A stretch of DNA of 64,000 bases from Sandaracinaceae bacterium (GCA_044220955.1 JBGAQA010000015.1:1-64000); one strand, 5' to 3'; positions 9,431 to 19,627 are shown, numbered from the stretch's first letter. Numbers and translations: made by a program. Notes: generated by a model from the letters alone, not told the origin.

Positions 9431-9744
9431 CAGCGGGCGCGCCGCGCGGTCTTCCGCGTCGGACGCCGCCCTCGGCTCGGAAGCATGGGGTTCGGACGGT
9501 CGCGGCGCGCCGGAGCCTCGATCTCGATGCCCTCGTCTGCACAGATCGCCCGGGCATCGGCGAAGAGATCGGCCACCGAGGGGCGCGCGCGTTCGGCCTT
9601 CCACGCCAGGAATTCCTCGGCGTCGCGCGGCCCGAGCACCGCTGCGACCAGCGCCCCGCGGGTTCGGATCAGCTGAGGCTTCGCGCGGGCGTCCTTCAAC
9701 ACGCGCGAGAGCTGCTGCTTGGCTTCGGCGACACCCCACGACAT
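9430..9744 (-). CDS. type II TA antitoxin, Phd/YefM family
   Basis: VAEAKQQLSRVL...PQLIRTRG..VAAVL; stop overlaps the toxin start. Confidence 0.88.
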   Translation of the reverse strand: MSWGVAEAKQQLSRVLKDARAKPQLIRTRGALVAAVLGPRDAEEFLAWKAERARPSVADLFADARAICADEGIEIEAPARRDRPNPMLPSRGRRPTRKTARRAR

Positions 9745-9750
9745 GCACGT

Positions 9751-9792
9751 AGACTGACGTGTCCAACTCGGTCGCGCAACGTGTCCACCTCG
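9751..9792 (-). promoter_or_regulatory. candidate TA promoter/operator
   Basis: TTGCGC-N17-CAGTCT-N6-ATG on minus; direct repeats ACGTGTCCA(A/C)CTCG at 9757 and 9779. Confidence 0.55.
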
Positions 9793-9948
9793 CTCTCGAC
9801 CTCGCTCTCTTCAGCCCTCGCGAAGCAGGATGGCGCCACGAGGGCGCGCCTCGAGAGCCTGCGTGGCGCTGCGCGCCGCCTATGTTGCCTGGTGCGGGCT
9901 ACGCCCGCGGCTCGCTCTCGCCCACCCCCTCGGCTACCCTCCCCCGCC

Positions 9949-11202
9949 ATGCACATCTCCGGAATGACGGGCAACGAGATCTACTGCCTCGCGCTCAAGG
10001 GCTTCACGCCCGGCGAGATCGCGGTCGGCAACAGCGTGGTGTCGCTCGGCGTCTCCGGCGCGCTCTCGTCGTTCGGGCGCTCGATCACCGGCGGCGAGAT
10101 CCAGGCGATCACCGAGCAGATCTCGAACGGCCGGCACGCAGCCATCACGCGGATGGAGCAAGAGGCGCAGCGCCACGGCGCCACGGGCGTCTCCGGCGTG
10201 ACGAGCGACCTCGGCACGATGGCGGGCTACACCGAGTTCCTCTCGCAGGGCACGGCGGTCTTCGCGAGCCAGCAGGGCATGCGCTTCTTCTCCACCGCCG
10301 CCTCCGGCATCGAGCTCTACTGCCACCTGGACGCGGGCTACGTGCCGCTCAAGTTCGCGATGGGCAACATCGCGTATGCGCTCGGCGTCGGCCGCGGGCT
10401 CGTCGGCTCGTTCCGCACGCTCGCGCGGGGCGAGGTGAAGGAGTTCTCGTCGATGTACAACGAGATCCGGCACACGTGCCTGCGTCGCCTGCGGGCCGAG
10501 GCCGCCCAGCAGGGCGCGAACGCCGTCGTCGACGTGAACATCAAGATGCTGCCGTTCGGTCCGGGAACCGTCGAGCTGCTGATGACGGGCACCGCGTCGC
10601 ACCACAACGCGATCTCCTCCGGCCAGGTCGCCGAGAACCAGGTCGTCACGAGCGAGCTCTCGGGCGAGGAGCTCTGGAACCTCGCCCAGATGGGCCTCGT
10701 GCCGCACCAGCTCGTCATGGCGACCAGCGTCTACTCGCTCGGCGTCGCGGCCGGCATCGGCTCGATGTTCCAGTCGCTTCAGCGCGGCGAGCTGCCCGAG
10801 GTGACCAAGCTCATCTACGAGGCGCGAGAGAACTGCCTCGATCTCATCCGCCGCGAGGCGACCCAGCTCGGGGCGGAGCGCGTCATCGGCAACCGCCTGC
10901 AGATCAAGGAGATCGGCAGCGGCATGGTGGAGGTCGTCGCGATCGGAACGGCGGTGCGTCGCGCCGACAACATGAAGCCCCAGACGCCGCAGCTCATCCC
11001 CCAGGCCGTCATCGCGCTCAAGTCGAACGCACAGAGCGAGCGGAGCGTCCACGGCCTCGGCGCCCCGACACAGCCCATGATGATCGCCCGGCAGGGCACG
11101 CGTCAGGCCGGCGCGCAGGGTCTCGTGGTGCTGATCATCGTCGGCTTCTGGCTCTTCTTCGGGTGCCTCGCGAGCATCATCGGCATCGCGAGCGGACACT
11201 GA
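9949..11202 (+). CDS. YbjQ/UPF0145 (putative heavy-metal-binding) triple-domain protein with C-terminal TM helix
   Basis: Three repeats of GE...R...EA...GA.xV.xV...GTA; hydrophobic C-terminus. Confidence 0.85.
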   Translation: MHISGMTGNEIYCLALKGFTPGEIAVGNSVVSLGVSGALSSFGRSITGGEIQAITEQISNGRHAAITRMEQEAQRHGATGVSGVTSDLGTMAGYTEFLSQGTAVFASQQGMRFFSTAASGIELYCHLDAGYVPLKFAMGNIAYALGVGRGLVGSFRTLARGEVKEFSSMYNEIRHTCLRRLRAEAAQQGANAVVDVNIKMLPFGPGTVELLMTGTASHHNAISSGQVAENQVVTSELSGEELWNLAQMGLVPHQLVMATSVYSLGVAAGIGSMFQSLQRGELPEVTKLIYEARENCLDLIRREATQLGAERVIGNRLQIKEIGSGMVEVVAIGTAVRRADNMKPQTPQLIPQAVIALKSNAQSERSVHGLGAPTQPMMIARQGTRQAGAQGLVVLIIVGFWLFFGCLASIIGIASGH

Positions 11203-11322
11203 ACGTCCGGCGCGGGCCGACGTCCCTTGCCCGGATCGGACGCCCCGGCTAGATAGGCGCGCTTCCTGCGCTTTTCGTGAGTCGCGGGCGGCCTGATCGC
11301 TTCTTCGACGCCCCTGCACCCG

Positions 11323-12591
11323 ATGCCCGACCTGCGCGCTGTCAAAGGAATGAACGACGTCCTGCCGGACGAGGCCGTTCGCTTTCAGCGCATCGAGGAG
11401 GCCTTCCGGCAGGCCGCGCGCCGCGCGGCGTACGCGGAGCTGCGCACGCCCCTGGTCGAGCCGACCGAGCTCTTCGTCCGCTCCATCGGCGAGGCCACCG
11501 ACATCGTCGGCAAGGAGATGTACACCTTCGTCGACAAGGGCGAGGACCGCCTGACGATCCGCCCCGAGGGCACCGCGTCGGCCGTCCGGGCCTACATCGA
11601 GCACGCGATCCACGGCAAGGAGCCCATCTCCAAGTGGTGGTACGTCGGATCGATGTTCCGCCGCGAGCGCCCCGCGCGCGGGCGCCTGCGGCAGTTCACC
11701 CAGGCCGGCCTGGAGTGCTTCGGCGATCCCGGGCCCTACGTCGACGCGGAGATGATCGACCTCGTCGTCGGGCTGCTCGAGTCGCTCGGCGTGCTCGACG
11801 TCGAGGTGCTGGTGAACTCGCTCGGCGACAACGCCGCGCGCGAGCGCTACCGCGAGGCGCTGGTGGCGCACCTGATGCCGAGCAAGGATCGGCTGAGCGA
11901 GGAGTCGCAGCGACGGCTCTCGACCAACCCGCTGCGCATCCTCGACAGCAAGAGCCCGGGCGACCAGGAGCTCTGCGCGGGCGCGCCGACGATCGTGGAC
12001 TTCCTCGGCGACGGCGATCGCGCGCACTTCGAGACGCTGACCAGGACGCTGGACGCGCTCGGGACGAAGTACCGCGTGGAGCCCAGGCTCGTGCGGGGCC
12101 TCGACTACTACTCCCGGACGCTCTTCGAGATCCAGGGACGCGGCGGCGAGCTCGGCGCGCAGAACGCGCTCTGCGGCGGCGGTCGCTACGACGGCCTCGT
12201 CAAGGCGCTGGGCGGGCCCGACGTGCCCTCCATCGGCTTCGCGATGGGGATCGAGCGCATCCTGCTCGCCCTCCCCGCCGAGCCGCCGGCCGCCGCCATC
12301 GACGTGGCGGTCGTGTGCGCCGACGACACGCAGCGCGAGGCGGCCTGCGTGCTCTTGCGGGACCTGCGGCGCGCGGGAGCGTCCGCGGACGCCGACCTGC
12401 GGGGCCAGTCGGTCAAGAGCCAGCTCCGCCGAGCCGACAAGCTCGGGGCGCGCGTCGTGCTCTTCCTGGGCGCGCAGGAGGCCGAGCGCGGGGTCGTCTC
12501 CGTGAAGAACATGCGCGCGCACTCCCAGAGCGACGTCGCGCGCGAGGGCGTCGTCGCCGAGGCGCTCCGGATCGCTCGGGAGCCAGCGTGA
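11323..12591 (+). CDS. hisS: histidine--tRNA ligase
   Basis: VKGMND, RPEGTA, FRRERP.RGRLRQFTQ, LVRGLDYY, GGGRYDGL. Confidence 0.98.
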   Translation: MPDLRAVKGMNDVLPDEAVRFQRIEEAFRQAARRAAYAELRTPLVEPTELFVRSIGEATDIVGKEMYTFVDKGEDRLTIRPEGTASAVRAYIEHAIHGKEPISKWWYVGSMFRRERPARGRLRQFTQAGLECFGDPGPYVDAEMIDLVVGLLESLGVLDVEVLVNSLGDNAARERYREALVAHLMPSKDRLSEESQRRLSTNPLRILDSKSPGDQELCAGAPTIVDFLGDGDRAHFETLTRTLDALGTKYRVEPRLVRGLDYYSRTLFEIQGRGGELGAQNALCGGGRYDGLVKALGGPDVPSIGFAMGIERILLALPAEPPAAAIDVAVVCADDTQREAACVLLRDLRRAGASADADLRGQSVKSQLRRADKLGARVVLFLGAQEAERGVVSVKNMRAHSQSDVAREGVVAEALRIAREPA

Positions 12592-14510
12592 GCGACGCTC
12601 TGCGGTTCGCTCGCCATGCCGTGCTCGTCTCGGTGCTGGCGCTCGGCGTGGGCCCGAGCGCGGCGTGGGCGCAGGCGGACGCCGGCACGCCCTCCGAGAG
12701 CGAGGACGAGCTCGACCAGGCGATCGAGGACGAGGACCAGCGCGAAGAGGCCGTCGAGGAGACCGACGAGGACGAGGATCGCGTCTCCAGCGGCGAGGAG
12801 CACGACGCGTACACTGACGAGGAGGACGAGGAGGACGAGGAGGACGAGGAGGACGAGGAGGACGAGGAGGAAACGGGCGAGGCTCCGGACGAGGAAGGCC
12901 GCCCCGGCATGGGCCCCGCCGGCATCACCGCGTCGTTCCTCGAGCCTCCGCGCCCGCGCACCGACGGCGACCTCACGGTCCCGATCCCACCGGTGCTCTT
13001 CGATCGCCACGGGCAGGTCACCACGACCGCCGTGTTCCCGATGTTCTACCTCCGCGAGGAGCCCGGCAGCTCCGAGCTGGTGATCCCGCCCATCTACCAC
13101 CGCGAGGCCGCGGAGTCGGCCGACGTCGTGTTCCCGCTCTTCTGGTGGTGGCGTGCGCAGCCTCCCGGGACGCAGGGCTGGCACACGTGGGTCGCCGGGC
13201 CCGTGTTCCACCACGAGGACGCCGAGAGCCACGACTTCGGCATCGCGCCGCTGCTCTTCACGGGCCGCCACCGCGACCGCTACTACCACGTGCTACCCGA
13301 GCTGCTCACGGTCGGCTGGGGCAGCGCCGACGAAGACCTCCTCTTCGCGGGCGGCCTCTTCTACCGCTGGCGCCTGCGCGACGACGAGCAGTGGGGCGTG
13401 TTCCCGTTCCTCTGGACGCGCAGCTCGCCGAGCGAGGAGTACGTCTTCGTGCCGCCGGTGTTCTTCCGATGGAGGAACCCCGAGATCGACCGGACGCTGC
13501 ACGTCGCGACGCTCTTCTATCACCAGCAAGACCCCCACGAGAGCTTCTGGGGCATCGCCGGCCTCTTGCACCACGACGAAGGCCCGGGGTTCCACTCCAC
13601 CACGATCCCGCCGCTGCTCTTCCACTGGTCGGAGGAGGCCGCGACCGACGAGCACCCGGGCTCGTTCCGCCTCTCGACGCCCTTCTTCCTCTACATGAAC
13701 GAGCGCGGCAGCGAGACGGTCGTCAGCTGGATCTACCAGCGCTACCGCGGCGCGACCGAGTTCGACGGCGTGATGCCGCTCTTCATGCACACCTACGACC
13801 CGCGCGACCACAGCCAGACGACGATGGCGACGCCGCTCGTCTGGAACTGGTCGACGCCGGGCTCGAACAACTGGGCGATCGTGCCGTTCATGCTGCACCT
13901 CGACGACTACGGGCGCTCGCTGCTGTGGCTCACGCCGATCGCCGGGCAGTTCGTCAACCACGAGACGCACGACGAGACGACCTGGGTGCTGCCGACGCTC
14001 CAGGTGTCGCGCTGGCACGACGGAGACGCGGTCAACTTCCACCCGCTCTTCTACTACGAGAGCGTTCCTTCGCACCGGCACGCCGTGGTCATGCCGCTCT
14101 GGTGGGACTTCGAGACGTTCGACACGACCGTCCCGGCCGGGCAGCCGCGCCGCACGCTCACGCGCTACAGCGTCGCCCTGCCCTTCGGCCTGCACGTGCA
14201 CGAGGGCAACACCGACACCGACCTCGTGCTCACGAACTACTACCGGCACCGAGAGTGGACGAACGAGGGCCGCTGGGAGTGGGAGATCCACGTGAGCGGC
14301 CTCTTCGACTACGGCGAGACGAGCGAGCGCGAGCACTGGTGGCGCGTGCTCTATGGCCTCGTCGGCTTCGAGCATCGCCTCGACCACGATCGCCTCTGGC
14401 TCTTCTGGATGCCGATCGACTTCGGCCACCCGGCACCGGCCGCGCCGGAGCCGACCAGCGCGCCCGTGACCGAGACGGCGCAGCTACCGATCTCGATCAC
14501 GCTGCAGTAG
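12588..14510 (+). CDS. exported hypothetical protein with acidic N-terminal tract and aromatic (F/P)PL(F/W) repeats
   Basis: GTG overlaps the hisS TGA; AWA signal peptide; D/E tract; many VFPLFW-like motifs. Confidence 0.8.
   Translation: MSDALRFARHAVLVSVLALGVGPSAAWAQADAGTPSESEDELDQAIEDEDQREEAVEETDEDEDRVSSGEEHDAYTDEEDEEDEEDEEDEEDEEETGEAPDEEGRPGMGPAGITASFLEPPRPRTDGDLTVPIPPVLFDRHGQVTTTAVFPMFYLREEPGSSELVIPPIYHREAAESADVVFPLFWWWRAQPPGTQGWHTWVAGPVFHHEDAESHDFGIAPLLFTGRHRDRYYHVLPELLTVGWGSADEDLLFAGGLFYRWRLRDDEQWGVFPFLWTRSSPSEEYVFVPPVFFRWRNPEIDRTLHVATLFYHQQDPHESFWGIAGLLHHDEGPGFHSTTIPPLLFHWSEEAATDEHPGSFRLSTPFFLYMNERGSETVVSWIYQRYRGATEFDGVMPLFMHTYDPRDHSQTTMATPLVWNWSTPGSNNWAIVPFMLHLDDYGRSLLWLTPIAGQFVNHETHDETTWVLPTLQVSRWHDGDAVNFHPLFYYESVPSHRHAVVMPLWWDFETFDTTVPAGQPRRTLTRYSVALPFGLHVHEGNTDTDLVLTNYYRHREWTNEGRWEWEIHVSGLFDYGETSEREHWWRVLYGLVGFEHRLDHDRLWLFWMPIDFGHPAPAAPEPTSAPVTETAQLPISITLQ
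12816..12869 (+). repeat. (GACGAGGAG)6 coding repeat encoding (DEE)6
   Basis: Perfect 9-mer tandem repeat inside the CDS. Confidence 0.9.
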
Positions 14511-14519
14511 ATCGCGGCC

Positions 14520-17500
14520 TCACGGCGCGCTCTCGGGGGGCTCGCTCCCGCCCTCACTCTCGCCCTCGCCCGTCGCGGTCGGAGTCGGGCTCGGCGTTGC
14601 GCTCGCGCTCGCCGCGGGAGCCGACGTGGCGACCGGAGCCCGCCCGGGCTGGGGTGGCGCCGGCATGGCGAGCGCGCGCCAGAGCCCTCCCTCGGCGAAC
14701 ACGGCCCAGCCGCGCCGCGCCCAGCGCACGCACGCGATCGCCAGCCACCCCGCCCACAGGAACATCAGCACGCGGAACACGAAGACGGGCACCGTGATGA
14801 TCGTGGCCTCGGGGAGTGCACCGTCCGCGCGGTCCACGAAGAAGTGGAGCATGCCGCTCGACGAGCCCGGGCCCTCGACGTCCATGCCCGGCGTGCCGAG
14901 CAACCCGTCGGTGATCACGCCGATCAGCGCCCCCGCCGCGAAGAGCGTGTAGCCGACCACGACGAGCTGCCGCAGGTCGAAACCGAGCGGACCGAGCGGC
15001 GTCGCGCGGCGCCACTCGATCGCGAAGAACCAGCCGATCACGAAGAGCGCCAGCACCCAGGGCACCTGCGTCAGCCCCAGGCCGAGCAGCACCCAGTCGG
15101 TCAGCGTCGGCAGCAGCTCGCGGCGGCGCGAGAGCGCGAGAGCGACGATCACGATCACGATCATGTAGGGCCAGATGAGCACCGCCGGCCCCCAGGGCGG
15201 CCCGGCGATCCAGAGCAGCCAGCGGTCGCTCGTCACGTCGACGTCGAGCGCGAGGTTCACCGCCGATCCGCCGAAGGTCACGTGCGGCGTGCGGAGCACG
15301 CTCGTCCACCCCTCGCCTTCTTGCCACTCGAGGGCGACGTCGTGCGCGCCCGGCTGGAGCGTGATCGCCAGCGCGCCATCGACCCGCTGGATCGGACGAT
15401 CTTGTCCGTCCACCGACAGCGAGCGCACGTCCGCGCCCTCGGGGATGGTGAGCGCGACCGGGGCGCTGACGCTCGTGCGCACGTGGAGCGAGAGAGTGCT
15501 CGAGGACATGCGCGCGCCCGGCGAGACGTGGAGCGAGGCCGAGTCGATGGTCGTCGAGCGCCCGTCGACGCCGGCGGGTCGCGTGAGCGCGACCGTCAGC
15601 GACTCGCCAGGCCAGGGATCGAAGCGCGGGGCCCACTGCGCGCTCGACGCGCTCTGTGTCGGATCGATCCCGCTCGTGGTGCAGTGCCAGAGCGGCGTGC
15701 AGGCGAGCGTCCAGGTCTCGGAGAGGCGACCGGACTCCGGTGCGCGCAGGAGGATCTCCGGCGCAGGCTCGATGGTGGACGACCACGTGACCCGATCGTC
15801 GTGCGCTCCGATCGTGACCACCGCGACCTGCCCGTCGATCACCACGCTCGAGTCCGTGACCGACTCGCCGGCCAGGAGCGGGATGCGCACCACGTCGGCC
15901 GCCGTCGCCGGCGAGAGGCGGCGCAGCGTCGAGGTGACCGTCCAACGCACGCCGATCTCCAGGCGCCGCTCGACGACGAGCCAGCTCGGTAGCGCCGCGT
16001 GCACGGCGTCGGTCGCCTCGGCTCCCTCCGGCACGGCGTCGACGGGCGTCGACGGCACCGAGCGCCGCAGCTGGATCGACTCGGGCACGCGCGGTCCGGT
16101 GCCGCTCCCGTCGCTCTCCCAGCCATCCGTCGTGATCTCGATCGTCCGCGGCGCACGGCCGAGCGCGAGCGTGACGGCGTCGTGTCCGGCAACGCTCCCC
16201 TCGACGTGCAGCGCGTGCGCGCCGGGCGTGAGGCGAACGTGCACGAAGCCGCTCGACAGGCGCGCCAGCGAGTGCGCCGGCTGGCCGTCGAGCGTGATCG
16301 CCTCGGGCGCCCACGTGTCCGCGGGCCCCGGGATCGGGTACGCCGCCTGCGCGGCGACGCCGACGTCGATGTCGATGGCGAGCACGTCCCCATGCACGCT
16401 CACCCGCATGCGGCTCGCCTCGGCGCACGTGTCGCCGCACTCGGGCGTCCACGAGAGGCGCGCGCGCAGCTCGGCGAGCATCTCGGGCGACGGGATCGGG
16501 CCGACGGGGGCCGTGGCCTGGGCGCGAGCGGCGCTCGCGCTGCCGAGCACGGCGAGCCCGAGGAGCAGGGCCGCGCTCGCGGCGGCGGCAGGCGCCGCGG
16601 GCACCGCGGTGGCGCCGGGCGTCTGCGGCCGCTTCTGGATCGCCACGAAGCAGAGCGCGAGCGCGAGCCCGGCGCGCAAGAGACCGAGCAGGCTCGTGAG
16701 CCAAGGGGGCGAGAGCCAGACGCGGATCCGGTGGTCGTGTCCGACGGGCCCGTCGAGCTGGAGGGAGTAGGTGCGCCACGTCCACGTCGGACAGCCGAAG
16801 CCCGTCTGCACGACCGACGAGGGATCCATCCAGCCGTACGAGCGGGCCTCCGTCGTCGGCTCGGACGCACTGCCCGCGATGCCGTAGCGACTCGCGGCGG
16901 GTGCGGCGCTCTCCTGACCCATCGCGCCCTCGTCGTCGCGATGACGGCGCCCCGAGCCGCCCTCCTCGTCGTCGTAGGAGGGCGGCTCCTCCAGCCACTC
17001 TGGCGTCTCTTCCGCGTACGACTCGATCGCGGGATCGAGCGCGGGGTGCAGCGCGACGCGCGCCTGCCCGGCGGCGAACACCACGACCATCACGCACGCC
17101 GCGACCAGGAACACGACGTAGAGCCACCGCGCCCAGCGCGCGATCGCCCGCGCGCCGAGCACGCGGTGCAGCGCGAGGGTGACGGCGAGCGAGACCCAGA
17201 TCCACTGCGGCGCGTCCGCCTCGTGGTAGGCCAGGCCGACGCCGACGAACGCCGCCGCGCCCCACGCCGGTCCGTAGACGCGACCGACGACGACGGTGAT
17301 CAGGAGCAGCGCGAAGAAGCCGAGCAGCGTCCAGAGATCGCTCCAGCTCCCCGGCGCACGATCGACGCCACCGGCATGCAGGAGCAGCCAGCCGGGTGGC
17401 ACGCTCAGGGTGGTGCTCACGCTCTGCGCGTCCTCCGACCACGCGACCGCGGCGAAGCTCGAGAGCGGGGCGTCGATGCGCCACTCCGCGTCCACGCTCC

Positions 17501-18782
17501 CGCGGGTGTCGCGGACCTCGACGCCGGGCGGGCCGCCCTCGACGGCGCGCGTGATCAGCTGGTCCTGCCCGCCGATCTGGACCCGGCCGAGCTCACCCTC
17601 GCTCAGCTCGATCCGGAAGCCCGAGTGCAGCTCGAGGTCGAGCCTGTCGCTGACGGACGCGCCCGCCCCGTCCTGATCGAGCCAGATCCGCCGCTCGAGC
17701 GCGAGCGCGTTCGGCGGTGGCGTGGGCTCTCCGCGGCGAACCGTCGTCAGGGTGACCGTCGTCGTGGGCTCGACGAGGTAGGCCGAGTGGCTGCGCCAGT
17801 CGTCCGGGAGCGTCGTGCGCGCCGGATCGATGCTGCTCGCGCCCGAGAGCTCGACCTGGCGGAAGGCCTCGTTCGGCACCCACGTCCAGACCTCTTGCGC
17901 AGGCCAGGGATCGCCCGGGCGGGGGGGCGCGAGAGCCGCGTCCGGGCGCGCCACGAGCGCGTGGATCTCGGCCGAGAAGGTGCCCGCGTGGAGCTGGAGC
18001 GTGAGCTCGCCCTCGGCCGTGAGCCGCGTCGCGAGGTCGGCGGACACCGACACCGGCACGGCGCCGTCGGGCAGCACGGCGCCGAGCCGGAGCTCACGCG
18101 GACGCCCCGCGACGTGGATCGACACACGGGTGACGATCTCGAGCGGCGAGCCGTCGACGAGCTGTCGGTACACCTCCAGGCTGACACTGTCGGCCTCCTC
18201 GACGGGTGACTCGTCCTCGTGAGCGGCGTGCAGCCACACCGCGCCGTCGGTGTCCCTCGTCGCAGTACGCGGGGCCCCGCCCTGCACGACGAGCACGCGG
18301 GCCACGTCGGCCGGCACGGCGAGCGTGTCGGGAGCGCTCGTCCACGCGAAGCGGCCCTCCACCCGGTGCGCGCCCGCCGCGAGGAGCACGATGGGCGCGT
18401 CCGAGCTCGACACGAGCGACGCGGCACGCCCGTCCACCCGGACGTCGAGCGGCCAGGTCCGTCCGCTGCCCGGCAGGGTGAGCGCGTACTCGCGGTCCGC
18501 CGTGACCTCCATCGCGAACGTCGCGCCGCCGCTCGCGAGCTCCACGCGCAGCGACGAGGGCCACACGCAGATCGGATCGGACTCGGCTCCCAGACCGACC
18601 GCAGACTCGGAGGGCGTGCAGCCGTACGTCGTCTGATCGGCCAACACCCAGGGCACCCAGGGCCGGAGCGCGGGGGGGATCTCGTCGGGCTCGAGCGGCT
18701 GCGCCGAGCCGAGAGAGACGGAGCAGAGCGAGACGGCGGCCAGCGCCGCTCCCCACGCGACGCACGACGAACGTGTACCCAT
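14520..18782 (-). CDS. large membrane protein (1420 aa) with two ectodomain + multi-TM modules
   Basis: Signal peptide; two hydrophobic clusters; internal similarity between the halves. Confidence 0.85.
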   Translation of the reverse strand: MGTRSSCVAWGAALAAVSLCSVSLGSAQPLEPDEIPPALRPWVPWVLADQTTYGCTPSESAVGLGAESDPICVWPSSLRVELASGGATFAMEVTADREYALTLPGSGRTWPLDVRVDGRAASLVSSSDAPIVLLAAGAHRVEGRFAWTSAPDTLAVPADVARVLVVQGGAPRTATRDTDGAVWLHAAHEDESPVEEADSVSLEVYRQLVDGSPLEIVTRVSIHVAGRPRELRLGAVLPDGAVPVSVSADLATRLTAEGELTLQLHAGTFSAEIHALVARPDAALAPPRPGDPWPAQEVWTWVPNEAFRQVELSGASSIDPARTTLPDDWRSHSAYLVEPTTTVTLTTVRRGEPTPPPNALALERRIWLDQDGAGASVSDRLDLELHSGFRIELSEGELGRVQIGGQDQLITRAVEGGPPGVEVRDTRGSVDAEWRIDAPLSSFAAVAWSEDAQSVSTTLSVPPGWLLLHAGGVDRAPGSWSDLWTLLGFFALLLITVVVGRVYGPAWGAAAFVGVGLAYHEADAPQWIWVSLAVTLALHRVLGARAIARWARWLYVVFLVAACVMVVVFAAGQARVALHPALDPAIESYAEETPEWLEEPPSYDDEEGGSGRRHRDDEGAMGQESAAPAASRYGIAGSASEPTTEARSYGWMDPSSVVQTGFGCPTWTWRTYSLQLDGPVGHDHRIRVWLSPPWLTSLLGLLRAGLALALCFVAIQKRPQTPGATAVPAAPAAAASAALLLGLAVLGSASAARAQATAPVGPIPSPEMLAELRARLSWTPECGDTCAEASRMRVSVHGDVLAIDIDVGVAAQAAYPIPGPADTWAPEAITLDGQPAHSLARLSSGFVHVRLTPGAHALHVEGSVAGHDAVTLALGRAPRTIEITTDGWESDGSGTGPRVPESIQLRRSVPSTPVDAVPEGAEATDAVHAALPSWLVVERRLEIGVRWTVTSTLRRLSPATAADVVRIPLLAGESVTDSSVVIDGQVAVVTIGAHDDRVTWSSTIEPAPEILLRAPESGRLSETWTLACTPLWHCTTSGIDPTQSASSAQWAPRFDPWPGESLTVALTRPAGVDGRSTTIDSASLHVSPGARMSSSTLSLHVRTSVSAPVALTIPEGADVRSLSVDGQDRPIQRVDGALAITLQPGAHDVALEWQEGEGWTSVLRTPHVTFGGSAVNLALDVDVTSDRWLLWIAGPPWGPAVLIWPYMIVIVIVALALSRRRELLPTLTDWVLLGLGLTQVPWVLALFVIGWFFAIEWRRATPLGPLGFDLRQLVVVGYTLFAAGALIGVITDGLLGTPGMDVEGPGSSSGMLHFFVDRADGALPEATIITVPVFVFRVLMFLWAGWLAIACVRWARRGWAVFAEGGLWRALAMPAPPQPGRAPVATSAPAASASATPSPTPTATGEGESEGGSEPPESAP

Positions 18783-18864
18783 GAGCCCGAGTACCAGGAC
18801 CCGTGCTCCCGTGTCGAGCGCGCTCGCCCGCGAGCGCTCGCGCGCGGCGCCCGGAAGGAAGCCG

Positions 18865-19560
18865 TCAGTGGACCTGAACGGGTGGCGGACGCTCCTCGTC
18901 CATGGCGCTGCTCGGGTACTGCGCCTCGCTCTCCGGCGCTGCGGGGCGGACGCTCGCGGTGCCGCCGCCCTCGTCCCGGCGCGGCGGCGGCGCGGGCGCC
19001 GGCGGCGGCGTCTCGGGCAGGTAGTGCCCGGACGCGAAGTCGATGTACGTGAAGGTGAAGCCGCTCGGATCGGCCCCGCTCGAGATCACCGGGGTCACCG
19101 CCGCGCGCAGCTGCATCACGAGCACCATGTCCGTGCGACGTCGCTCGAGACGCGCGCGCACGACGGGCGTCTCGAAGTACTGCGTCTCGAGCCACCGCCG
19201 CGAATTCGCGAGGTGCACGGTCGCGTCGTGGAACACGATCTCGACGCGCCCCGTCGACGGGTGCACCTCCGTCGTCACCGGCCCGGTGGTCTGGACGAAG
19301 AAGCGCGAGCCACCGCTCGGCTGCATCTGGAAGCCAGGCCAGGCGATGATCTCGGTCGGGCGGGCGCGCGGCGCGCGGGTACGCGCGCGCAGGTGAGCCG
19401 CGCGTGGGGGCGGATTCGGCCCACCGGGCGTCACGCCACCGTACTCCGAGAGCGGATGGGGCGACGACGACGGCGCCGTGCTCGCGGGCGGCTGGGCCGC
19501 CGCGATCGGGACGACGCTCACGAGGCCGAGGACGAGCACGACGGAACGCGGTGTACGCAC
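18865..19560 (-). CDS. exported hypothetical protein, possibly AMIN-like domain
   Basis: Signal peptide; WPGFQ...SRFFVQ...YFETPV beta-rich core; TACGAT-6nt-GTG start. Confidence 0.7.
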   Translation of the reverse strand: MRTPRSVVLVLGLVSVVPIAAAQPPASTAPSSSPHPLSEYGGVTPGGPNPPPRAAHLRARTRAPRARPTEIIAWPGFQMQPSGGSRFFVQTTGPVTTEVHPSTGRVEIVFHDATVHLANSRRWLETQYFETPVVRARLERRRTDMVLVMQLRAAVTPVISSGADPSGFTFTYIDFASGHYLPETPPPAPAPPPRRDEGGGTASVRPAAPESEAQYPSSAMDEERPPPVQVH

Positions 19561-19627
19561 ACGAGGATCGTAGGGCCGACCCCGAGGCCGGAGCAACAAA
19601 GAGGCTTGGGCGCGATATCCTGCCGCG

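Noticed and set aside
9044..9744. TA module as part of a prophage, IS or defence island
   Set aside because: No transposase, integrase, phage or other defence genes, and no convincing terminal repeats
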